Of a stretch of 64,000 nucleotides of DNA, positions 25,259-37,356 are shown one piece after another. A program made the translations under genes and the position numbers. The notes under the pieces are model-generated. The model saw only the letters and a program-made list of their open reading frames with translations, had not been told where the DNA came from and did not search any database. This DNA comes from Octopus sinensis. Lineage: Eukaryota. Positions within the stretch are counted from its first letter, which is position 1, and the number at the start of each line of letters is the position of its first letter. The stretch spans positions 21,452,001 through 21,516,000 of the forward strand of contig NC_043008.1 of NCBI RefSeq assembly GCF_006345805.1, given 5' to 3'.

Positions 25259-25744
25259 AATAATCGTAGAGTTCTCAACTAGATTTCGATTCATGATTGA
25301 AATCAATTGATTTCATAACTGATAACAACGCATTTGAGAAAAGCATGAATGTCATAAAATCTTCTCCGATAGAAGAATAGTAACAGGTTTCTAAAACCGT
25401 AAACTAGTAAGAGCGTTATAATAAATGGACTACTGCGTCTATTTGTATTTTCTCTGGATTCTGACTTCATTTTTCCGTTATGTATAATTCTGATTTTAAC
25501 GATGATATTCTGCGCTTGTTCATTAGTGAAAAACCTAATTTCGTTTGATTTCATTCTCATTCTTAGAGTTTACGTTTTAGCTCTGTATGAACCTTAATAG
25601 TCAAGATAGCGGAGTGTCAAGTTCACTCTGTCAACCTTCACTTAGAATATTTTTTAAAGATGGCGTAAAGATAATATGCTTGTTAAATGGAAAGATTTTG
25701 ATACTTGTCGAGTCTCCATTTATGTTACGCTCTAATAATTTTAC

Positions 25745-26100
25745 TGAATGTATGTATGTATGTATGTATGTATGTATGTATGTATGTATGTATGTATGTA
25801 TGTATGTATGTACGCACGTACGTATGTATGTATGTACGCACGCACGTATGTACGTATGTATGTATGTATATATGTATGTACGCACGCACGTATGTACGTA
25901 TGTATGTATGTATGTATGTATGTATGTATATATGTATGTATGTATATATGTATATATGTATGTATGCACGCACGCACGTAGTATGCATGTGCATACGTAT
26001 GTATGTACGTACGTATGTATGTATATATGTATGTACATACGTACGTATGTATGTCTATGTATGCATGTATGTATGTTTGTATGTGTATACGTACGTATCT
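25745..26100. repeat. Compound (TATG)n microsatellite with CGCA/CGTA variants
   Basis: Direct inspection. Confidence 0.95.
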
Positions 26101-27065
26101 AAGTATGTGTTTATGTATGGTGCGTGCCAGTGTTTGCCCCGCACTACTACTTGACAACCGTTGTTGGTGTGTTTACGTCCCCATAACTTAACGGTTTGGC
26201 AGCAGACCAGATAGAGTAAGAACATGCCTTAAAAAGTAAGTACTGTGGTTGATTCTTTCGAATAAACATTCTTCAAGGCTGTGCCCCAGCATGGCCACAG
26301 TCTCCTGACTGAAATGGGGAAAATAATAAAAGATAATTATATCGAATATTTGTTATTTTTGTTAATGTTTTTCTTTTTTATGTTGTCATTGTTTAAAATC
26401 AGATGAAATATAATCGATTAGATCAATAACGAATAACCTTTCTTACAACCACGATGTCGTCTTTACGTAAACCGTAGGCTATGCTGTCCAATGCATCCTT
26501 CATTATTTCAGACGTTTCAATATGATTTATGAGGGATCTGATCCGAGTGATATTTCTAGCAGTTTATGTGACCGCCTATAGATTTCACCGTCGACTCATT
26601 TATCGATTGTTATGTCCGCTGTCTATAAATATGACGTACATGAGAATATGTACACCTACAATCAAATAAGAATAATTAAAATTACAGCATCTCGAAGCTA
26701 TGTACAGCACCATGTAATTTTAAGATAAAATTGCAGAAAACAAAAAGAAATGTGACGACGGAAATAGCGATTGGAAATTACGGAAGCATAAATAACAGTT
26801 AATTACATTAACAACAAATGACATAGTTAAGAATTCGAAAAAAAAAACTAATTAAGTGAGGCAAGAAATTCGCTATGACAAATTATTCCACGCTGTACAT
26901 AATAAAATGTAACATTCTTCTTATCGTAACAAGAGAAAAAATAAAAAACAACAACAACCGAATATACGTTATTTGGAAATGATGTATTTTCTGATATGTC
27001 AATTTAAAATTTGTATTATAGAGATTTTCGTTCGATAAAATCTGAACTTGTCGATCGCATTTCCA

Positions 27066-27169
<104 letters not shown>

Positions 27170-27170
27170 A

Positions 27171-27202
<32 letters not shown>

Positions 27203-27265
27203 GTGTGTGTGTGTCTGCTGCCTGCTTGTTTATCAAAACATATGTATATATATATATATATATAT

Positions 27266-27440
27266 ATACATAAATATAGAAGGGAATTTTTTTATCACTA
27301 TGTGGAAACCCTACGCTAGAAGAAGATCCGCTATGGTCTTAACCACTAAGAATTCTTAGTGGTTAAGCCCCTAGCAGATCTTCCTCTAGCGTAAGGGTTT
27401 CCACAGTGGTAAAAAAAAATGTCCCCTTATATTTATGTAT
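27266..27440. repeat. Loop-less palindrome of about 175 bp centred on GAATTC (probable MITE)
   Basis: ATACATAAATATA...GTGGAAACCCTACGCTAGA...TTAACCACTAAG|AATT|CTTAGTGGTTAA...TCTAGCGTAAGGGTTTCCAC...TATATTTATGTAT. Confidence 0.9.
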
Positions 27441-27692
27441 GAAATACTATTTACTGAATCTCAGTTTTCTTATATGCTAGACTACTGGTGTTAAAATTGA
27501 TGTTATCAAATTAATATCCAATTTTTCATCCTCATTTTGATTTTAATTTTATATATATATATTTATATATATAAAGGATCAGACCATTATTTAGAATAAC
27601 GATCACATTAAGTGGCCAGCATGGAAAAAACCGTAGAAGTAGTAACTGTTATAGGTATATAATAATATATATATATATATATATATAATTAA

Positions 27693-27858
27693 GGGTACTG
27701 AAGAGGCACCACCATGTCAGAAATAGTAGTCAAACCTGACTCTAGAACCACATTATCTATTACATTTATCTTATCACTTGTGCTATATGAACACACGGTG
27801 TGGTTCTTGAGTCAGTTTTGACTCCTATTTCTGGCATAGTGGTGCCTCTTCGGCACAC
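27693..27858. mobile_element. MITE with TTAA TSD and about 60-bp TIRs (Kolobok-like G-rich termini)
   Basis: TTAA|GGGTACTGAAGAGGCACCACCATGTCAGAAATAG...CTATTTCTGGCATAGTGGTGCCTCTTCGGCACAC|TTAA. Confidence 0.8.
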
Positions 27859-28169
27859 TTAATTATAACTATACATATGTGTATATATCAATACGTATTT
27901 TTATGTGTGTGTGTGTGTACATAAACACACACATGCACATGTGTATGTGTGTGTGTGTATTGTGTAGTATGTGCATACTTTATATTCTTGCATAGTTGTA
28001 TTTCGGTGATTTGATGTATCGGTAACAGACTTCGCTTATGCGTATTCTGCTTATGACTAAGCCAACCCGCATGGGTGGAATTTATTATAGAGAAGTTCAA
28101 AATAATAGTTTCATAAATGGAATTTCAAATTGAAAATAATAAGTTATTTAAAAAAAAAACAGCACGGAA

Positions 28170-28223
28170 TTTTGTCAGTGAACAGGTCGCAGTCACAAAG
28201 CGACGAAAATATTTTGACAAATT
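28170..28223 (+). ncRNA. Minimal hammerhead-like fold with G3-C8 swapped core (GUGAACA)
   Basis: Stem I UUUGUCA/UGACAAA, core GUGAACA+G, stem II GUCGC/GCGAC, GAAA, palindromic AAUAUU stem III, H17=U28214. Confidence 0.55.
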
Positions 28224-28325
28224 AAATTTAAATGTTGAAGTGAATCTAATGGATTTTGTGTGTTTCTTAAATGGTTTATAAACACCTTCCACGCTGCAAT
28301 TGTTTTCGTTCCAGCACACGAACTT

Positions 28326-28630
28326 CCTTGTTCCTTCTGGAGCCACGCCTGGCTCATAAGAGCCGGTTTCCCGGTTTCCTTGCTGTATAGGTTCCCCACC
28401 TGGACGGGACACCGGTCCGTCGCAGGTGAGCTGCAAGATGCAGGAGGGAAGAGTGAGAGAAAGTTGTGGCGAAAGAGTTAGCAGATGTTCGCCATTACCT
28501 TCTGCCGGAGCTGCGTGGAGCTTAGGTGTTTCGCTCATAAATACACACAGCGCCTGGTCTGATATTCGAACCAGCGATCCCTCGACCGCGAGTCCGTTGC
28601 TCTAACCTCTAGGCCATGTGCCTCAACACA
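28326..28630 (-). mobile_element. Family C SINE
   Basis: GAGGCACATGGCCTAGAGGTTAG head, GGTTCGAATATC B-box, GTCCCGTCCAGGTGGGG tail motif on the minus strand. Confidence 0.85.
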
Positions 28631-29294
28631 CGATCTCAGATCAGGTCACTTGCTATGCAAGTACATCTCCGTAAAACCTATCTTCAAGTGTCTTAAGTGA
28701 CTAGAGAAACAAAAATACAATGCACGCGTGTCACGTTTTGTGTGATGTCACATGTCTGTTTTCCGTTTTCATTGAAGAAAAATACACAGATTTTATACTA
28801 TGTCTACAAGCTGTGTATAATTCTGATTTTGATTTTCGTTGTGGGTAGAAAGTGAAATATGGCATGACATACTTCAGGGAAAAACTAATTGTTGCGTTTT
28901 CAAATGTTACTGAATAAGACGGTGCAGTAATCGTGAAGCCACGTAGTGTTGATAGATACATCATTTCACTCCTGCTGCTAAAGGTGCTTCGTGGACAATG
29001 GGAAATGTACACTTTGCATTTGAAGGGCTAAAAACTTGGTAAAAGCGCTCTTAGAGGAGATTTTCTTAGAGAAAGTGCGAAGAGAATTTTTCAGATGCAG
29101 TGACACATGCACTGAATATGCATAGGAAAATACGTCGTGGTTCGGCAAATACAGTTATCTTTTCTTTGGTTTGTCGCGTTCATATTCATATATTTAATCA
29201 ACAAACATTGCCTCAAAGACAACAAATTTCACAATTTATTGAACAAGAACTATATATAAGGCATTTATTCTACGACCTTTGGTACTATGAGTTA

Positions 29295-29570
29295 TACCTG
29301 GCTCATAAGGCCCGGTTTCCCGGTTTCATTGGCATATAGGCTCCTCACCTGGACGGGACGCCGGTCTGTCGCAGGTGAGCTGTACGATGCAGGTGGAAAG
29401 AGTGAAAGTTTTGGCAAAAGAGTCAGAAGTTTGTCGTTACCTTCTGCCGGAGCCGCGTAGAATTTAGGTGTTTCGCTCATAACACACACTTCACCAAGTC
29501 TGAGACTGGAACCCGCAATTCCTGAACCGCGAGTCCGCTGCTCTAACCACTAGGCCATGTGCTTCCATGC
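29295..29570 (-). mobile_element. Family C SINE
   Basis: Same head and tail motifs as 28326-28630. Confidence 0.85.
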
Positions 29571-29603
29571 ACTCCACCCCACATATATATCAATGCATAT
29601 AAC

Positions 29604-30040
29604 TATTTCTTTACTACCCACAAGGGGCTAAACACAGAGAAGACAAACAAGGAGAGACAAACTGATTAAGTCGATTATATCGAGCCCAGTGAGAAACTGG
29701 TACTTATTTAATCGACCCCGAAAGGATGAAAGGCTAAGTCGACCTCGGCGGAATTTGAACTCAGAACGTAACGGCAGACGAAATACCTATTTCTTTATTA
29801 CCCACAAGGGGCTAAACACAGAGAGGACAAACAAGGACAGACGAATGGATTAAGTCGATTATATCGACCCCAGTGTGTAACTGGTACTTAATATATCGAC
29901 CCCGAAAGGATGAAAGGCAAAGTCGACCTCGGTGAAATTTGAATTCCGCCGAGGTCGACTTTGCCTCAAAACATAATGGCAGACGAAATACCGCTAAGCA
30001 TTTCGCCCGGCGTGCTAACGATTCTGCCAGCTCGCCGCCT
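29604..30040 (-). mobile_element. Family N SINE dimer within a single 18-bp TSD, with an internal inverted duplication
   Basis: TATATCAATGCATATAAC at about 29586 and about 30041; hairpin at 29916-29965. Confidence 0.9.
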
Positions 30041-30843
30041 TATATCAATGCATATAACAGCATACCGCCATACCATATTTAGAGCGTTCAAAGTTGAAGA
30101 TTTCTCAGAAGTAAAGTTCCTCATTTAAAGCAGAGTAAATTGATAAACGATATTTAGCTTGCAGAATTCTGAGAAATCACAGACAAGTTGTGAATATCGA
30201 ACAACTGATTACTTCAATAGCATTCACTCCAAGCTGTGTGATAAAACACATTATGGTATGCTTGACTGCGAGCTGATAATATTTCTAATTCTTGGAAAAC
30301 TGTGGCTGATTTGTAGCAGAATTGTTGCCGCGAGAAAATTGATTAAAAGTATTTATCTTGGTTAACATTTGATCTGACTTTGCTCAGAAAGTAAAAGTTG
30401 TTTTTACTCCGTACGAAATTTGTTTTAAATATATTTATATACATATATATCACAACTGGCCCCATCAAACGGATGAATTCGTCGAAAGTCTTGATGCTTC
30501 TAATAACCACACAACCCATCAACTGTACAGATATCTTGTTTGAACTATAAACTTTTGAACTCTATACAAGTTGTATTCTCTCTTCCTCTTTTCTCCTCTC
30601 TCTCTCTCTAATATCCGAAATTTCACTGGTTTAATCTCCAACAGTGCTGAGGAATATCTCTTCGATATATACGGGATAATTCTAAATATAAATAGGATTA
30701 AAGAAGAAGAATGGAGAATTGGTAAGGATATAAAATTAATTTATTAACATACAGGGTGTATGTTAATCCGTTAATTTTATAACCTTACCAACTCTCTAAC
30801 TCTCCATTCTTCAAGTTTATATATACATACATACATACATACA

Positions 30844-30879
<36 letters not shown>

Positions 30880-30881
30880 TA

Positions 30882-30921
<40 letters not shown>

Positions 30922-31096
30922 GTCGCAAGAAATTTGAAAAGCTAAACGCGAAACCGGTCTTTCTTCTAAATTATGTCATTATAAGAGAAAAAAAAAAATT
31001 TTTTTAATCTTTTAATATTCTTCAGACATATTGACGCAAATATATATATTTTTTAACATTTAAGCCTTCTGTAGTTTTTTCACTTTTTACTATTCT

Positions 31097-31186
<90 letters not shown>

Positions 31187-31386
31187 ATATATATGCATAT
31201 ATAAACACACACACACATATTTAGTGCTTTGTTTGGCTATTCGAATCGTTTTTACCTCTATTTCTGGCTATACTTGTACATTTTGTAGCCTTGTTTATTA
31301 ATTTGCCTTTAGATCTTCATTGCTAACGGCCCAGCTGTATTATAATATATTTAATATATTATATTATTTTGTTTGATATATTCATA

Positions 31387-31790
31387 TAAGTGGGTCGGCT
31401 GAAACGTTCAGAGGCTGACCAAGATTTTCTCATGTGACCAAATGATGTTTATTTTTCAACATAGTCCTCCGTGCAAGCAGAAACCTTCTGCCGGCGAGAG
31501 GAAACCCTCCGAGAAGAAGCCTTCGTCATGCTTAAGTTCATTGTGCAGAATATTCTCAACACTCTCACAGGATATGCTAATAGTTTGGGGTATGTTATTT
31601 AAAGGAATTCGCCTGTCATCCATCTACGCGTTTCGTCGGTAGTGACAACTGCAGTACGACCAGATGTTGGGTTATATTCAAGTCTTCATTCCTCTCTTCA
31701 ATCTAGTTGCCCTCTTTTGCACTGTTGATAAATGCCTTAATGTAGCAATCATGTCAGCATGCATGTCCCTAGGGACATTCTGTTTTTTTA
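31387..31790 (-). mobile_element. Internally deleted mariner (irritans-like) relic
   Basis: Minus strand: PRDMHADMIATL, LEYNPTSGRTAVVTTDET, MDDRRIPLNNIPQTISISCESVENILHNEL; terminal GGGTCGGCTGAAACGTTC next to TA. Confidence 0.7.
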
Positions 31791-32286
31791 TATATATGAT
31801 ATAAATTATTGTATACAGTGCTCAGGTGCATTACAACTAAAAGGGAAAACCATCAGGTGAACTGTTGGCGAATTTCAGGAATCATTTTTCAGCAATTCTA
31901 AGCGTGAAAAAATGTTTCCGAAAGTCATGGGTACTGTGTTGTTTTTTTTTCATTTTGTGAGCACGTACACTTGGTCGCGTAAACAAAGAGGTGTGGTTTC
32001 GAATCCCACACGTAGAGGGAAAACTACTTTTTTTCTGTTGAGGGCTTACATACCCCATTATTAGACTATTTTCTTTAGTCATTGCGCAGTGATCGCTTAT
32101 AAGTTTTAAGCATATAAAGTACTATGTTTATAGACTATATATATATATATAAATGATAAAAGCTTCATTAGCTAAGGTCTTTTTCTTATTATCTCTCTTT
32201 ACTTATCAAACACTTTGCTCTGAAACATACGTATATTGAATTCCAAACCAGGTTATTAATCTCGCAATGTCTAAGCGAAATATATA

Positions 32287-32379
<93 letters not shown>

Positions 32380-32382
<3 letters not shown>

Positions 32383-32808
32383 CGCAGGAGTGGCTGTTTG
32401 GTAAGTAGCTTGCTAACCAACCACATGGTTCCGGGTTCAGTCCCACTGCGTGGCATCTTGGGCACGTGTCTTCTGCTATAGCCCCGGGCCGACCAATGCC
32501 TTGTGAGTGGATTTGGTAGACGGAAACTGAAAGAAGCCTGTCGTATATATGTATATATATATAAGTGTGTGTGAATATGTTTGTGTGTCTGTGTTTGTTC
32601 CCCTAGCATTGCTTGACAACCGATGCTGGTGTGTTTACGTCCCCGTAACTTAGCGATTCGGCAAAACAGACCGATAGAATAAGTACTGGGCTTACAAAGA
32701 ATAAGTCCCGGGGTCGATTTGCTCGACTAAAGGCGGTGCTCCAGCATGGCCGCAGTCAAATGACTGAAACAAGTAAAAAGAGTAAAAAAAAAAAGAGAAA
32801 AAGAGTAT
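32380..32808 (+). mobile_element. Family K SINE, full length, inserted at the end of (TA)n
   Basis: AGGCGCAGGAGTGGCTG...GGTTCAGTCCCAC...AAGTAAAAAGAGTA tail. Confidence 0.93.
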
Positions 32809-33015
32809 ATATATATATATATATATATATATAATGACATATCTTTGTATGCAATTTTGTATGTATGCATGGAATTCCCCTATTTGCCGACATAACATGA
32901 TTTATTGCCTACAGTATGTAAAGAATGAGATTGACATTAGGCCGATTGTGAAGTATTTGTTTTGATCGTCAGTAATGAAATTATCAAAATAACAGCCACA
33001 AACACGCATACACAC

Positions 33016-33069
<54 letters not shown>

Positions 33070-34640
33070 AATTCAGTAGATAAATAAATGCTTAAGAAAC
33101 TCTGTCCGTGTCTATAATGTCTGCCAGATATTGTAATGGCCGTCTGTTTCTATAATGACGATTCTCATTATATGTAATAAAGAAATAAGCGAAAAGGAAA
33201 ATTTATTATGTAGAATTGTGATATAAGGAAACATCATATTCGTTAAAAGAACTCTGTTTATTTTCTGTTTTATTTATTGATAGCAAATTTGTGATGGTCA
33301 CTTAATCATTTAGACGTCGTTAGAAAATTCTTTAAGCTGGCGATTGTTTGTATTACCAAGAATTGCTATGTAAAGAAATAAAACGGACTGGATGTACGGT
33401 TTGGTATTTTTAGATAACATTCAGTATAATGTCTTGTACAGAGATGTTTATTGTAAATGCTGTAAGTTTTGCAAACGGTAGTACTTACTTTATTTCACGC
33501 AACAGTGACAAGGAGGTTGTTTTCTATTTTTGTTATTTATTTCTAACAATTTACGGAATGTGTATCTCCAACGATGCTAATGATGTTTAGTTAACTCGTT
33601 TACGCAGACTGTCTTGTAACAAGATGGTTAAATGAAATGGAAAGTCTTAAATACAACAGCAGCGTTGAAGTTTTGCTCTAGATGTTAAGTCTAACGAGAA
33701 TATGAAATCAATGTTGTGAATCACCGAATGCCAAGTCAGTACCTACATTCATAAAAACATTAGTGCTGTTTCTACACGAAGTGTTTATCTGTAGCTTTAT
33801 AAATGGCTTTAAAGGAGATTAAGTGATTAAGTGGCGTGACCGAGAGTATTGAGAACTACCGTTGATTAGATACAGTTAACATTCTTTCGACCGGAAGTTG
33901 TATTCTTTGTTCATTTATAACTGGATGAAATATGTGAAGTGGACGATGTGAAGCCTGGAATTTCGATTAGTGTAATCGAGTTAAAAACATATTTTTATCT
34001 TCGAGTCTCAGAGTTGGCAGAATTTATACAATTCTCTTTTGAATTCCCATTACTGCCGCCAATCATTCTCATGCTAAATCGTAAGAACACATTTCACAGT
34101 TTCTCAGATCTTAAAAATAAGGTTTCTGTCTGTTTCTAAAGGCAACTAGAAATCGTTACTTCATACACGGTTTTTTTTTATATAACAATACAATTGTAGC
34201 TTTCAGAAAAAAAGAATAAATATGAATAAACGAAATAAATTGATTTCATTTACATTAAAGAAATGGAGATCTCTAATAGAAGGAGGGGATATAAATATGC
34301 CTGTAGATATCTGTGGTAAGTTTTACATTCAACAAGTAACTGCACAAACCAACTAACATATACTGTTTGCAATCTGAACCACATACGTCTTACAACAAAA
34401 AAATTCAGTGAAACAATTTGTTTTAGAAGGTTTAACGTACTGTAAACAAATACAGTGTTTGGATTATAGCTAGGAGACCCTAAAATCAAATCTAGAAATA
34501 CTTGATAATTTAATGATATGCATACACTATGAAATGCACGTTTTCATTTATTTCATAAGGTGAAGAAATTTCCATCGCATGACGGGGACCTAATCACTGA
34601 CACACGCACACAATGGTCAAAGTGGATCTTCCATAATGTA

Positions 34641-35191
34641 TCGGGTTGTCAGAAAAGTTCGTGCCGATTTATAGTAGCTTACCTTTCGACTTATTTTAGA
34701 ACATGGTTGAGTCCATAAAATAGAATTTGACTACACTTCCATTTAGAGCACAGTTTAAGCTATCTTTTCGTGGAAGAAGGTTTATGTTCCTATAACTGTG
34801 TTAATTTTGTAACCCTTTAAAATGGAAGATAAGAAACTTCATTTTCGTCACTTGTTGCATTGAGAACCAGACAAAATTTGCTGCAGCTCGGCTGGGATGT
34901 GTTACCCCACCCTCCATATTCACCAGATATTGCTCCTTCGGATTTCCTCTTATTCAGGTCTCTGCAGAATAGTCTTAATGGTAAAAATTTTAATTCCTTG
35001 GATGACGTAAAAAGATACCTTGATGAATTCTTTGCCATGAAACCACCTCAATTCTGGGAAGTGGGTATTTTCGAGTTAAAGGAAAGATGGAGACGCATTG
35101 TGCAACAAAATGGTTCATATTTGTAATAGCAAGTATTTATTGACCTTTATCTTTCCTTTAAAAATCGGATCGAACTTCCCGCACAACCCAA
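34641..35191 (+). mobile_element. Internally deleted mariner (DD34D) element with TIRs and TA TSD
   Basis: TA|TCGGGTTGTCAGAAAAGTTCGTGCCGATTT...AAATCGGATCGAACTTCCCGCACAACCCAA|TA; MEDKKLHFRHL joined to LGWDVLPHPPYSPDIAPSDFLLFRSLQN...QNGSYL*. Confidence 0.95.
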
Positions 35192-35500
35192 TACTTTCTT
35201 CACTTTTCAAAGAGCCTCACTTCAAGTCACGTACTAGACAAGCAGAAATCTGAAAAATATAGCAATTTGTTTCGTGAAACCCTCACATATGGAACCCAAA
35301 TTTGTCATGATGCGTTCATATCCCCTTTGTTAATGTTGCTGCTGTTGCTTAGGCTTAGGTCAGTTTGATTTATCAAAGGTCACATTTGAGTTTTCAAAGC
35401 TATGATTAAAGTATCTCAGCCTTGAATCCTGTATGTTCATGGATAAAATGAAAGCTAGGATTACCAAACTGGGATTATCTAAGGTTTCTTCTTAGAAAAT

Positions 35501-35991
35501 GTTGTATAGTGAGTTCCGAATAAAATTCTGGTACTTAATTTATCGACCCCGAAAGGATGAAAAGTAAAAGCGACCAAATTCCGCCGAGGTCGACTTTACC
35601 TTTCATCCTTTCGGGGTCGATAAATTAAGTACCAGTTACGTACAGGGGTCGATCTAATCGACTTAATCTCTTTGTCTGTCCCCTGTATGTTTAGCCCCCT
35701 GTGGGCAATAAAGAAATAAAAAAATGTTGTATAATGAGTTTTGAATAAAATTCTGGTACTTCATTTATCGACCCCGAAAGGATGAAAGGTAAAGTCGACC
35801 AAATTCCGCTGAGGTCGACATTACCTTTCATCCTTTCGGGGTCAATAAATTAAGTACTAGTTACGTACAGGGGTCGATCTAATCGACTTAATCCCTTTGT
35901 CTGTCCTTGTTTGTCCCCTCTATGTTTAGCTCCTTGATGGGCAATAAAGAAATAGGACAACGTTGTATAATGAGTTTTGAATAAAATTCTG
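35501..35991 (+). repeat. Two fold-back family N SINE units separated and flanked by a 30-bp target-like repeat
   Basis: GTTGTATA(A/G)TGAGTT..GAATAAAATTCTG at 35501, 35726 and 35962. Confidence 0.9.
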
Positions 35992-36758
35992 CAGTTATTT
36001 CTAGCAAGTGGACCGACCGCATAGATGCTTACCTTGTCATCGTCTGGTAGCTTGGGCGTCGGTTTCTATGTTCATTGTATTAGTAGTGAAGAAACTTGAT
36101 AGAAATTGCAGTCGCCTCTTGTCTTACATTAACATTTATTTAGCTTGCATAGCTGGTACATTATCCATCAGTATACAAGGTACTAGAAAACAGTAGCTGC
36201 ACACTATCAAGTAGGTATTTTATTTGAACACTAAATCTAACAACATAAAGTGTAAATATATGTCGGGCAATGCGTTCCATGTAGTGCAACATTGTGGAGC
36301 AAAGAGAAAGTGAGAGCGACAGAAAGGAATGGAGGAAATACGCAGTGAAAAGATGACAGCGAGAAGGAGAGAGTTTGAAACGAATGAAGAGTGAGTAAAA
36401 GAGACGGGAGAGAGAGCGTGGGAGAGATAGAGAAGACGTAAGAAAAAGAGAGAGAGGTATAGAGAGAAAATGTGAGAAGGAACATGAAGGAGAGAGATAG
36501 GAGAGGAAAGAGAGAGAGAGAGAGAAAGAGAGATGAAACAGAATGGAAGTCAGAGAAGGAGATAAAGACAAGAGCGATCGAAAGCAGTCTATCTTTGATT
36601 AATTTCCAAAAATTGGTTCGTTCTTATGTTGCGTAGATAAGAGCTGCGTAGATTATCTTCGAATTCCCTTTGAAAATTTATTGAAAGATATCTAAGTGTA
36701 AGCAAAATTAGTGAAGCAAGTTTTAATGCCATGGCTGGCGAACAGCAAGTGTATGACT

Positions 36759-36759
<1 letters not shown>

Positions 36760-36812
<53 letters not shown>

Positions 36813-36939
36813 CACTACTACTACTGCTATTGCTGCTGCTGTTACAACAACAACAACAACAACAACAACTACTACTGCTACTACTACTACTACTATAACG
36901 TGCTATTGTTACTACTACCATTACTACTTCTGCTATTGT

Positions 36940-36971
<32 letters not shown>

Positions 36972-37110
36972 ATACTACTACTACCACTACTACTGCCATT
37001 GTTACTACAACTACTGCTACTGCTACTATCACTACTACTATTGTTACTACTACTACCACTACAACTACTGCTATTGCTGTTGCTGCTGCGCTACTACTAC
37101 TACTAAACAG
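36760..37110. repeat. Compound (TAC)n/(CAA)n/(TGC)n trinucleotide tract
   Basis: Direct inspection. Confidence 0.95.
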
Positions 37111-37356
37111 AGCAGCTACATTCCATTTGCCCTCCCCCCCTTAATTTTAAACTAGGGGCACATTAGGTAATACAACGGATTTTATGCTCGGTCAGGGTTA
37201 AACTGGAGCGAAACAACAACAACACCAGCAGTAGCTACTTATGTGAGTCAACACTGGAACCACTACCTGCTTAAAATAGAACTCGAATCTTCCTTCAAAT
37301 CAAATCCTTCCTCCTTAAAAAATAACGGAAGGCCACTTTTATCTAGGGATCCCAGC

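Noticed and set aside
31620-31665. Minus-strand GAAACGCGUA resembling a hammerhead stem III
   Set aside because: No CUGANGA core; the sequence is explained as mariner coding sequence (VVTTDETRR).
32380-32450. tRNA-like heads of SINEs (also at 6813, 12871, 18373, 28630)
   Set aside because: A/B boxes are present, but they run into CORE/Nin bodies with tails and TSDs and lack a complete cloverleaf; not tRNA genes.
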